This document shows, one piece after another, positions 37,477-45,931 of a stretch of 64,000 nucleotides of DNA. The stretch's first letter is position 1, and each line of letters starts with the position of its first letter. The notes under the pieces are model-generated. The model did no database searches and was not told the origin of the DNA. It was given only the letters and a program-made list of their open reading frames with translations. This DNA is from a virus (lineage: Duplodnaviria > Caudoviricetes): positions 1-64,000 of IMG/VR virus record IMGVR_UViG_3300032216_000903; one strand, given 5' to 3'. The position numbers and the translations under genes are program-made.

Positions 37477-38474
37477 ACGACATTCTATATCCTAACACGG
37501 CTCAGATTACACTCAAGGACGGCAAGCCCAAGGACTCTTGGATGCGCGACTGGACGCATGAGGAGCGCGTGGCGAAGTTCTTTGAGTTCTGTCGTAAGTT
37601 TGACCTTCGTGAGGATAAGCTGCTCAGCGAAGACTATCAGATCTTCTCCCATCGCCTTCACTGGCACGAGCACCCCTTCGTTGAACTCATGACAGGAGTA
37701 AAGGACTCGCGCGATCGCCTCTGGTACGCCCTTGTCTTCTCGTTTACCAATGAGCACTGGGGTACGCTGACTCACCTGATGACGCATGGCATTGATAAGA
37801 CTCGCGAGCACTTTAAGCATAATCGTCATGCTCGATCTGACTTATTTCAGATCTACTATCCCAAGGGTACGGATGTAAAGGAATGGCTCCTGACCGGACC
37901 ATTGAAGGCGGCAAATGCTCTGCATCATCATCTTACAAATGGTAAGAGATACACGATGATGCAGTTTGCCAAGATCCTCGAGGCTCACTTCAAGAAAGAA
38001 CAGAACTTTCGTTCTCCGCTCTATCCGTGTAAGAACACGGCTCGATACGTTGCGATGGCGTTTCCGCACCTCGTAGATCCTGAGTCCGTCCTCTACGGAG
38101 GTACTGGGCATTTCGACGGCATGCATCAGATCTTTCTAGAGAACGTGAATGGCAAGGCTAAGTACGAGATCGATGCGAATGGAGAGTTCGTTCCAAAGAA
38201 TCATCAGGCCAATGTGTGGCTCGCTCAGATGAGTTATCTCTGCGAGCATTCAGATAATCCTATGACTTCTCAGCATTGGTTGAACGTAGAGGATAAGGGA
38301 TGTTTTTTTTACAAACACATTGCGATTACACATGATGTGAAGAGTCCAACGAAGCGCATTCCATACACGTGGATCTTTCCAGAGAATTTCAATCTGGCAA
38401 AGCATCCGGCTGGTAAAGTGATAATCAATGGTAAAACAACTTCACAAATAGATGTACAAGGCTCATTTGACTGA
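37473..38474 (+). CDS. Divergent 5-hmU-DNA-kinase / aGPT-Pplase1-like helical protein (paralogue B)
   Basis: Architecture similar to paralogue A: EDKLL, LVFSFTN, FPHLVDPES..YGGTG, NVEDKGCFFYKH. Confidence 0.5.
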   Translation: MNDILYPNTAQITLKDGKPKDSWMRDWTHEERVAKFFEFCRKFDLREDKLLSEDYQIFSHRLHWHEHPFVELMTGVKDSRDRLWYALVFSFTNEHWGTLTHLMTHGIDKTREHFKHNRHARSDLFQIYYPKGTDVKEWLLTGPLKAANALHHHLTNGKRYTMMQFAKILEAHFKKEQNFRSPLYPCKNTARYVAMAFPHLVDPESVLYGGTGHFDGMHQIFLENVNGKAKYEIDANGEFVPKNHQANVWLAQMSYLCEHSDNPMTSQHWLNVEDKGCFFYKHIAITHDVKSPTKRIPYTWIFPENFNLAKHPAGKVIINGKTTSQIDVQGSFD

Positions 38475-38489
38475 TATAATGTCTACAAT

Positions 38490-38684
38490 ATGACACACGA
38501 GTTCGAGCATCCTATGTGGGTCAAGACTCCACTGGGACATGGATTGGCCGTCATGATTATAGACTACGGTATCCACTTGAATAGCTGCTGGGTGGTTGCG
38601 CTAGAAGATCACGACTGGCAGATAAAGCATTTCGATTCAAATGACATTAAGCTAAATCGTAACGACACCTGGAAGATTCAATAA
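38490..38684 (+). CDS. Hypothetical protein
   Basis: WVKTPLGHG...IIDYG; TGTAC-N17-TATAAT promoter at 38453-38480. Confidence 0.65.
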   Translation: MTHEFEHPMWVKTPLGHGLAVMIIDYGIHLNSCWVVALEDHDWQIKHFDSNDIKLNRNDTWKIQ

Positions 38685-38686
38685 TC

Positions 38687-39793
38687 ATGAAAGCATTAGT
38701 CACGGCACCATTCATTCCGATAGTTCCTCGTTTGGCATCACATAGATCCTCGCAAGGTGTCATCTATGCCGATCAGATTCGACAGACTGGCGAGTATGAT
38801 GTTGTCGATATCAACTGGGCAGGCAATGCTCACGAAGATCATAATCAATACGACGTAGTCTACGTTTACTGGGGATCCGACTGGACCGGTGGCTTGAATC
38901 TCTTTGGTGGAGTGCAATCGTTTCCCTATGCTTGGAACATTCGTAACTTCTCAAAGTTCAAGGGCAAGGTATATTCTTTGGCCGTAGACTTTCCAAAGAT
39001 CGATGAGATGATTGAAGAACGCATTCTAAATGCTTCGAGCAAGAAGAAGGAGATTCAGCCAGAGTGGCTCGAAGTCGATATTCAGAATCTCAAGCGCATG
39101 CGTATTGAATCTACTCGAGTTCGTTTTCCACACATCACGGAGAAGGTGGTCATTGGAGACTCTCATTCAATCTGCATGCATCGTCCGGGATGGACGGTCA
39201 ACTCAGTTCCATTCAAGACTCTGAATGGTGCATTGTCGCTCGGGCTCAATACATTCATCGAAGAGTTCACCTCCATCGATCGAGTATCTTCTGCTGAGTT
39301 CTACTTTGGCAACATCGACGTGCGTCATCATCTCTGTCGTTTGGAAGGTGATTCATTTACAAACACGATGTCTCTGGCTCTTCGATATGTAGAGGCCGTC
39401 GAGATGCTTCCGATCAAGGACGTGTCGATCTACGAACTCCTACCCCTCGAGAACGAGTCTCGTAAGTTACCTAAGACCGGTTACTATAAAGGCAAGCCGT
39501 TCTGGGGAACATGGGCTCAGCGCGCTGAAGTCCGTCATACATTTAATCAGGCCGTCGAGAAGGCCACACGTCGTGCCAAGTTCATTCGCTGGACCGACTA
39601 TCTTCTGAACGACAAGGGCGAGCTCGACTTTAAGTTCATGGAGAAGCCTCATTCGATTCATCTTTCACGCGAGTTCTATCCTCATTGGAATGGAATAGAT
39701 ACCTTCAGCACTCCGAAGAAATTATCTAAAGTGCCGCATAAACCTGAATTATTAGAAGTACCGCATAACTCCCTAGAAACCTTTTTTGAATGA
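38687..39793 (+). CDS. SGNH/GDSL-like protein with C-terminal clamp-binding-type tail
   Basis: VIGDSH, FGNID, SIHL; ends SLETFFE. Confidence 0.65.
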   Translation: MKALVTAPFIPIVPRLASHRSSQGVIYADQIRQTGEYDVVDINWAGNAHEDHNQYDVVYVYWGSDWTGGLNLFGGVQSFPYAWNIRNFSKFKGKVYSLAVDFPKIDEMIEERILNASSKKKEIQPEWLEVDIQNLKRMRIESTRVRFPHITEKVVIGDSHSICMHRPGWTVNSVPFKTLNGALSLGLNTFIEEFTSIDRVSSAEFYFGNIDVRHHLCRLEGDSFTNTMSLALRYVEAVEMLPIKDVSIYELLPLENESRKLPKTGYYKGKPFWGTWAQRAEVRHTFNQAVEKATRRAKFIRWTDYLLNDKGELDFKFMEKPHSIHLSREFYPHWNGIDTFSTPKKLSKVPHKPELLEVPHNSLETFFE

Positions 39794-39812
39794 CTTCGAA
39801 AAATAATTACTC

Positions 39813-39852
39813 AGTCCATGTGCTGGATAGTATAAATACCAGCACATGGACT
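39813..39852 (+). promoter_or_regulatory. Late promoter in the loop of a 14-bp hairpin that sequesters the endonuclease start codon
   Basis: AGTCCATGTGCTGG-ATAG-TATAAATA-CCAGCACATGGACT; ATG at 39846 lies in the 3' arm. Confidence 0.85.
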
Positions 39853-40442
39853 CAATAATCAAATCAGAAGGTTACGTATATCACATTCAAAACCCAAACA
39901 ATCCATCGATAGAAGAAGGATATATCGGTGTCGTAAATGCTAAAAAGGGCATCTATCGAAGATTTCGAGAACATTCTACTGATTGCGATCATATGCGAAA
40001 GCGTATAAGAGAAAATAATGTAACATTTGAAAACCATGTTAAAATAGTATTTCAAGGCTCATTAAAAGAATGTTATATGAAAGAACATGAATTGAGATCA
40101 TCTCAAAAAATAGGATGGAATGTAGCTAGTGGTGGAGCTGGATGGAATTATAAAAGTGATATCAGCGATTTATCTAAATATCGTTCTGATATTCAAAAGC
40201 AAAGAATGGAAGATGAAGATTTGAAACGTCGTCAAAGCGAATCATTCAAAAAGAATTATTATGCTAATGAAGAAGTTCAAAAGCTTCGCAGTGATCGAGC
40301 AAAAGAACATATGTCAAATCCTGAAAAACGCGATAAATGTTTAAATGCGATGCATAAAAAAATTAAGTGCCCACATTGTGAATATGAAAATAATGCAGGA
40401 AACGTGAAGTTACATATTAAAAGAAAACATTCAAATGATTAA
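39846..40442 (+). mobile_element. Free-standing GIY-YIG homing endonuclease (Seg-like) with C-terminal C2H2 finger
   Basis: GYVY...GYIG...RF.EH...E...GWN...GG; CPHC...H...H; markedly AT-rich. Confidence 0.85.
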
Positions 40443-41640
40443 ACATGCCAGTATCGTCCCATTGATTGGTGGTAATACACTAGCTTCTCAAAATATATTT
40501 GGTCATAGACCAGACTATCTTCTATCATATTCACCATTTAAAGCCAATGATTCACATCTTGTAAACTATTATGATAATGAAATGCCATATATTTTATTAG
40601 ATGAAGGTGGTAAGTATCCTCACAAGGTCGATGTTGTTACAACGTGTTGCCCTTGTGCAGGTCTCTCGGCTCTATCGCCTTCCGCGTCTGGTACGAGCGC
40701 GATGAACGAATGGATGTTTCGTTCGGCTGAATATGTCCTTGGCAACATCAAGCCTCGTGTATTCTGGGGTGAGAATGCGCCACGTCTGGCATCAAAGCTT
40801 GGAGAACCTGTGGTAGATCGCCTTCGTAAGATTGGCAAGGAGAATGGATATACGTTCTCGATCTTTAAGACCAAGTCAAAAGTACATGGACTCTCACAGG
40901 TCCGTGAACGTACATTCTACTTCTTCTGGCAAGGAGATAAGATTCCGCTCCTCGAGTACTGCAATCATTCTTCCAATGAACGCATCGAGGATACAATCGA
41001 CATGGCAAAGAATGCGGCCAAGAACGACCCGATGTCTCAGATCCTGGCTTCGAAGAAGGTTCCTTCACAGGATCCTTACTATCGCTACCTTCTCGAAGAG
41101 GTTCATGGAGGCATCTCTCATCGCAAGTTTGCCGAGTCACTCACTCGAACGGCCAACGTGCTTCGCTCGATCGAGGGAGCACCGGGTCACGACTACATGC
41201 GAGTCGCCGCTTGGATGGAAAAGAACGGATTCTCTAAGCTCGCTGAACGATCCAAGGGAATGCATCTGAAGCTAGGCATGGGTGGAAACATTATGCGTAA
41301 GCAGATCGAGGTACCGTGCGACGTCATCGGCGCATTTGTCGGTCACATGCCCACGATGCTCACACATCACCGTCACGATCGATTCCTCAACGTCCGTGAG
41401 TGCCTATCGATCATGAAGATGCCTCTGGACTTTCAACTCCTGAATCCGCTTCGCAATCTGAATCACGTATGTCAGAACGTTCCGGTCACGACGGCCGAAC
41501 ATCCGGCTCGAATGGTCAAGATGTTCCTCGAAGATAAGCTTCCGCTCGATGACTACGCGGACGGATTCTTGATTCAGGACAATGTGCGCCAGTGCGTCAC
41601 GTCTGGAGAAGCGGCCTCACTGGAAACATTTATGGCTTAA
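40435..41640 (+). CDS. C5-cytosine DNA methyltransferase-like protein with degenerate SAM-binding motif I
   Basis: PCAGLS (IV), ENA (VI), QVRER (VIII), RFLNVRE (IX), QNVP (X); motif I reads VPLIGG; ends SLETFMA. Confidence 0.8.
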   Translation: MIKHASIVPLIGGNTLASQNIFGHRPDYLLSYSPFKANDSHLVNYYDNEMPYILLDEGGKYPHKVDVVTTCCPCAGLSALSPSASGTSAMNEWMFRSAEYVLGNIKPRVFWGENAPRLASKLGEPVVDRLRKIGKENGYTFSIFKTKSKVHGLSQVRERTFYFFWQGDKIPLLEYCNHSSNERIEDTIDMAKNAAKNDPMSQILASKKVPSQDPYYRYLLEEVHGGISHRKFAESLTRTANVLRSIEGAPGHDYMRVAAWMEKNGFSKLAERSKGMHLKLGMGGNIMRKQIEVPCDVIGAFVGHMPTMLTHHRHDRFLNVRECLSIMKMPLDFQLLNPLRNLNHVCQNVPVTTAEHPARMVKMFLEDKLPLDDYADGFLIQDNVRQCVTSGEAASLETFMA

Positions 41641-41682
41641 TCGGTGTACAATTAACAATCATCAGTTTATATTATCAGCTCT

Positions 41683-42756
41683 ATGGCAACATCTACATCA
41701 CTACTCGAACGCCTCAAGAAGGCATCTAAGATCGACGGCGCGGAAGTCATGGCGGACTCAAAGCTATTTGGCGTGAAGGAGTTCACTAAGACGGAAGTGC
41801 CCATGATCAACGCGGCGCTCTCTGGTTCACTCGACGGCGGCCTGACCTCTGGCCTGACCGTGCTGGCTGGTCCCTCTAAACACTTCAAGACCTCGTTCGG
41901 CCTGCTCATGGTCGGCGCCTATCTGAAGCAGAATCCGGATGCCGTGTGCATGTTCTACGACTCCGAGTTTGGATCTCCGCAGTCTTACTTCACCTCGTTC
42001 GGCATCGATCCCTCTCGAGTCCTTCATACGCCGATCACGAACGTCGAAGAACTCAAGTTCGATCTGGTCTCTCAGCTCCAGAACATCAATCGCGGCGACA
42101 AGGTCATCATCATGATCGACTCCATCGGCAATCTGGCTTCAAAGAAAGAAGTGGAGGACGCGATCAACGAGAAGTCCGTGGCCGACATGACTCGAGCAAA
42201 AGCTCTGAAGGGTCTGTTCCGCATGGTCACTCCCATGTTGACTCTGAAGGACATTCCTCTCTTGGCGGTCAATCACATCTATATGACTCAGGAGATGTAC
42301 TCTAAGCCGGTCGTCTCTGGTGGTACCGGCATCTACTACTCGGCCGATACGATCTGGATCATCGGTCGTCAGCAGGATAAAGACGGAGACGAGATGAAGG
42401 GCTATCACTTCATCATCAACGTCGAGAAGTCCCGCTTCGTCCGCGAGAAGTCCAAGATCCCGATCTCTGTGTCTTGGGAAGGTGGCATCGAGAGGAACTC
42501 CGGTCTGCTCGACGTTGCGTTCGAGGGTGGATATGTTACCAAGCCTCAGGTCGGCTGGTACGTCGCCCACGATCCGAAGACCAAGAAGGACCTGTCCAAG
42601 AAGCTCCGCGCCGATCAGACCTTCGACGACTCGTTCTGGAATTCCATCTACGAAAAGACTGACTTCAAAGAATATGTTAAGAACCGCTACTCAATGGGCC
42701 ACAAGGAAATGCTTACGTCTCGTCCGAATGCTGGGTCTGAAGAAGATGCCGATTGA
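41683..42756 (+). CDS. uvsX: RecA-like recombinase UvsX
   Basis: AGPSKHFKT, FYDSEFG, DSIGNLASKKE, EKSRFVREK. Confidence 0.96.
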   Translation: MATSTSLLERLKKASKIDGAEVMADSKLFGVKEFTKTEVPMINAALSGSLDGGLTSGLTVLAGPSKHFKTSFGLLMVGAYLKQNPDAVCMFYDSEFGSPQSYFTSFGIDPSRVLHTPITNVEELKFDLVSQLQNINRGDKVIIMIDSIGNLASKKEVEDAINEKSVADMTRAKALKGLFRMVTPMLTLKDIPLLAVNHIYMTQEMYSKPVVSGGTGIYYSADTIWIIGRQQDKDGDEMKGYHFIINVEKSRFVREKSKIPISVSWEGGIERNSGLLDVAFEGGYVTKPQVGWYVAHDPKTKKDLSKKLRADQTFDDSFWNSIYEKTDFKEYVKNRYSMGHKEMLTSRPNAGSEEDAD

Positions 42757-43033
42757 GGACATCGACTACGTGCTGATGACGTCGCCGAACGTCCCCGGTG
42801 TGACGATGGTAAAATTGTTGACCGGGGAGTTTGCCGGCACGCTATATAGCTACGAGTACGTTCGTGTGACCGAAGAGCCGAGCCTCGGCGTGGCAAAGTT
42901 GTCGTTCAACTACACGCTGTACTCTCGATCCGACGTCTCAAATAATCCTAGGTTTCAACACTATGCAGGCGATCTGCTCACAGGAATACTGTCGAGTCAG
43001 GACGCAAAGATTGGAAAATTGAATGGAAAGTAA
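42746..43033 (+). CDS. Small protein in the gp40 position (uvsX-40-41)
   Basis: Synteny; start at ATG 42746. Confidence 0.55.
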   Translation: MPIEDIDYVLMTSPNVPGVTMVKLLTGEFAGTLYSYEYVRVTEEPSLGVAKLSFNYTLYSRSDVSNNPRFQHYAGDLLTGILSSQDAKIGKLNGK

Positions 43034-44420
43034 TCTACAAAAATTAGTACTACAGACGTTTATCAACGACGAGGGCTACTGTCGCAAGGCGATGCCTCAC
43101 GTCAAGCCCGAATACTTCGAGGGAGGCGAGCGCGTGGCCTATGAGCTCATGCTCGAGTTCATCCTCAAGTACAATAAGCTCCCGACGACTCCGGCTTTGA
43201 TGATCGAGCTCGAGAGGTCGACCAATGGCTCGCTCGAGACTCGCAATCAGGCCGCTGAGATCCTTGCAGATCTACAGAAGCCAGAGAAGGTCGACCTCGA
43301 CTGGCTCCTTCATCAGACCGAGAAGTGGTGTCAGGAACGCTCCGTGTTCTTGGCCGTCATGGAGTCCATCGCGATCATCGACGGCAAGCGCAAGGACGTG
43401 GCTCCCGGAATGATTCCAAACATCCTGCAGAAAGCTCTATCCGTCACGTTCGATACCAACGTCGGTCACGACTACATCGAGAACGCGACTCAGCGGTACG
43501 AGTACTATCATAAGAAGGAGACTCGCCTGCCGTTCGACATCGAGATGCTAAACTCCATCACTCGAGGCGGAGTGCCCAAGAAGACTCTGAACATCGTGAT
43601 GGCCGGTGTGAACGTAGGTAAGTCCCTAGTCATGTGTCACTTGGCCGCGTCGTATCTGGCACAGGGAAAGAATGTCCTGTACATCACGCTCGAAATGTCT
43701 GAGGAGAGGATCGCCGAGCGCATCGACGCTAACCTCTTCGACGTTACCCTCGATCAGATCGAAGCCCTACCTCGAGACGTGTTCGATTCCAAGGTAAAGA
43801 AGATCGCCGCGAAGACTCAGGGCAAGCTGATCATCAAGGAGTATCCAACGGCGGCCGCACACTCTGGTCACTTTCGAGCCCTGCTGAACGAGCTGAAGAT
43901 GAAGAAGAACTTCATTCCCGAGATCATCTTCATCGACTACATCGGCATTTGTTCGTCGGCTCGAGTGAAGGGTCTATCCGGATCCGTGAACACCAACTCG
44001 TTCGTCAAGGCCGTGTCAGAAGAGCTCAGAGGGCTCGCCATCGAGTTCAACGTTCCGATCTGGACTGCCACGCAGGTCAATCGTATGGGCATGAACTCGT
44101 CGGATCCGAACATGACGGACATCGCCGATTCATTTGCTCTGACTGGAACGGCAGACTTCATGATCTCTTTGACCGAGACCGAGCAGCTCGAGAAGCTTGG
44201 TCAGTACATGGTGAAGCAGCTCAAGAATCGATACAACAACAAGACGTCAAACAAACGCTTCATCGTCGGAGTGGATAAATCTAAGATGCGCCTGTACGAC
44301 GTGAATGCATCCGGTCAGACGATGATCGACTCAGCGGCTCCTGAACCTGCGGCTTCTTCTGGTCCTAAGCCGTGGGACAAAGGTCGTAAGGTCGTGTCGA
44401 TCGCAAACATCAAAGTATAA
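43023..44420 (+). CDS. gp41: Replicative helicase gp41
   Basis: AGVNVGKS, YITLEM, IIKEYPT, FIDY, ATQVNR, QLKNRY. Confidence 0.96.
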   Translation: MESNLQKLVLQTFINDEGYCRKAMPHVKPEYFEGGERVAYELMLEFILKYNKLPTTPALMIELERSTNGSLETRNQAAEILADLQKPEKVDLDWLLHQTEKWCQERSVFLAVMESIAIIDGKRKDVAPGMIPNILQKALSVTFDTNVGHDYIENATQRYEYYHKKETRLPFDIEMLNSITRGGVPKKTLNIVMAGVNVGKSLVMCHLAASYLAQGKNVLYITLEMSEERIAERIDANLFDVTLDQIEALPRDVFDSKVKKIAAKTQGKLIIKEYPTAAAHSGHFRALLNELKMKKNFIPEIIFIDYIGICSSARVKGLSGSVNTNSFVKAVSEELRGLAIEFNVPIWTATQVNRMGMNSSDPNMTDIADSFALTGTADFMISLTETEQLEKLGQYMVKQLKNRYNNKTSNKRFIVGVDKSKMRLYDVNASGQTMIDSAAPEPAASSGPKPWDKGRKVVSIANIKV

Positions 44421-44423
44421 ATT

Positions 44424-45083
44424 ATGAAGAACACGGTAGAACTAATCGGCCACTACGGCTCAGATCAAATACACGCATGCTCCGCATGGACGTCAACGTC
44501 ACGAGAACTATCAGATGAAAAAGTACAACGCATTCCTAAACTTCTCAAGATGTTGGCTGATCAAGGTCATCACACTCCCTTTGAAAAGTCTAGCCTTCAT
44601 TTTCTGGTCGATTGTGATATTGCTTCTCACATTCACATACTTAAGCATCGGGTTGGCGTTTCTGTCAATGGTGAGTCTGCAAGGTATAAAGAACTTAAAG
44701 AAGACAAGTACTACCTCCCCGAAGACTGGAGAGGAGTAGCCGATTCGGAACTCGCTGAATACAACGTCGAGACGAACTGGGCAAACAATCTGAAGGCATA
44801 CACGGAGAAGGGCAACGAGCTGTACCATCGCTGCATCAAGGATCTGGAACCGGTACTCGGTCGTAAGCGTGCTAAAGAGTCCGCACGATTCTTCAAGACG
44901 TACAACTCGCGGATTCAGGCCGACGTGATGTTCAACTGGCGATCCTTTGCCCACTTCTTGAATCTGAGGAACAAACCAGATGCTCAGCTCGAGATTCGTG
45001 AGATCGCAGCCGAGATGCTTCGTCTGGTCAAGGAGATTCCCGGCAATCCGTACGAGCACACCGTCGCGGCATTTGGACTATGA
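44424..45083 (+). CDS. thyX: Flavin-dependent thymidylate synthase ThyX
   Basis: HHTPFE, KHRVGVSVNGESARY, NWRSFAHFLNLR, AQLEIR. Confidence 0.93.
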   Translation: MKNTVELIGHYGSDQIHACSAWTSTSRELSDEKVQRIPKLLKMLADQGHHTPFEKSSLHFLVDCDIASHIHILKHRVGVSVNGESARYKELKEDKYYLPEDWRGVADSELAEYNVETNWANNLKAYTEKGNELYHRCIKDLEPVLGRKRAKESARFFKTYNSRIQADVMFNWRSFAHFLNLRNKPDAQLEIREIAAEMLRLVKEIPGNPYEHTVAAFGL

Positions 45084-45805
45084 AGATACCGTATCGCATC
45101 GACTTGGCAGGAGGTTGGCTCGATCAGCCCTTCGTCTCTAAGCTGTGTCCCGGGTGCGTACTTGGTATCTCCATCGAGCCGACCGTCGAATTCAACGATC
45201 GATCTGGCATGGCGACGAGCACTCGATATAAAGCCATCGATCTTTGGCAGAATGAAATTCCACAAGGAGATTCAGAGAGACTCGCCAAGATCTTATTCGC
45301 ATATGAGAATCCTCCTGGCACGGTCGAAGTGGCTGGTTCGCAGGACGCGATCAACCTCGTGATGCCTGCACTGAAGCGATTGAATTACACAGGCAACTAT
45401 TGGCCATCGAGCATTGAAGTCATAGATGATGAGGCTACACTCTCTTGGCTCGAATCGTGCTTATATCTCATACCTCTTGAACCTCGAAATGGCGAATATG
45501 ATGTCTTGAGTAATCAGAATGTCACTCAGGAAAATGTAGCCAGACTGGCATCGGCGGCCGATTTATGTTGGAATGCCATTCGAAATCACGATGTAGCTTC
45601 ACTTGGTAAACATATGCGAGAGTCGTTTGAAGCTCAGGTGTATATGTTTCCAAATATGATCAACTCGCATATACAGAAGTTCATAAATCAGTATCAGTCA
45701 CAGGCACTCGGATGGAAGATCTCTGGAGCAGGCGGAGGAGGCTACTTGATATTTGTCAGCGACAGGCCCATAATCAACAGCATTCAAATAAAGATACGCC
45801 GATGA
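45080..45805 (+). CDS. GHMP-family sugar kinase
   Basis: PYRIDLAGG, SGMATS, GSQD, KISGAGGGG. Confidence 0.85.
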   Translation: MKIPYRIDLAGGWLDQPFVSKLCPGCVLGISIEPTVEFNDRSGMATSTRYKAIDLWQNEIPQGDSERLAKILFAYENPPGTVEVAGSQDAINLVMPALKRLNYTGNYWPSSIEVIDDEATLSWLESCLYLIPLEPRNGEYDVLSNQNVTQENVARLASAADLCWNAIRNHDVASLGKHMRESFEAQVYMFPNMINSHIQKFINQYQSQALGWKISGAGGGGYLIFVSDRPIINSIQIKIRR

Positions 45806-45931
45806 CCGAGATCATTGTTACGGACATGACGCTTGACGACCTGTTCATTGCCATGCAGCCCACGGAGGAAGACCGTGAGCAGGCCAGGCACTGGATAGAA
45901 TCCGAACGTCGTATAAATACAGCCAGCACAC

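Noticed and set aside
39794-40442. Group I intron or intein around the endonuclease
   Set aside because: Both flanking genes look complete with their own termini; the endonuclease is free-standing
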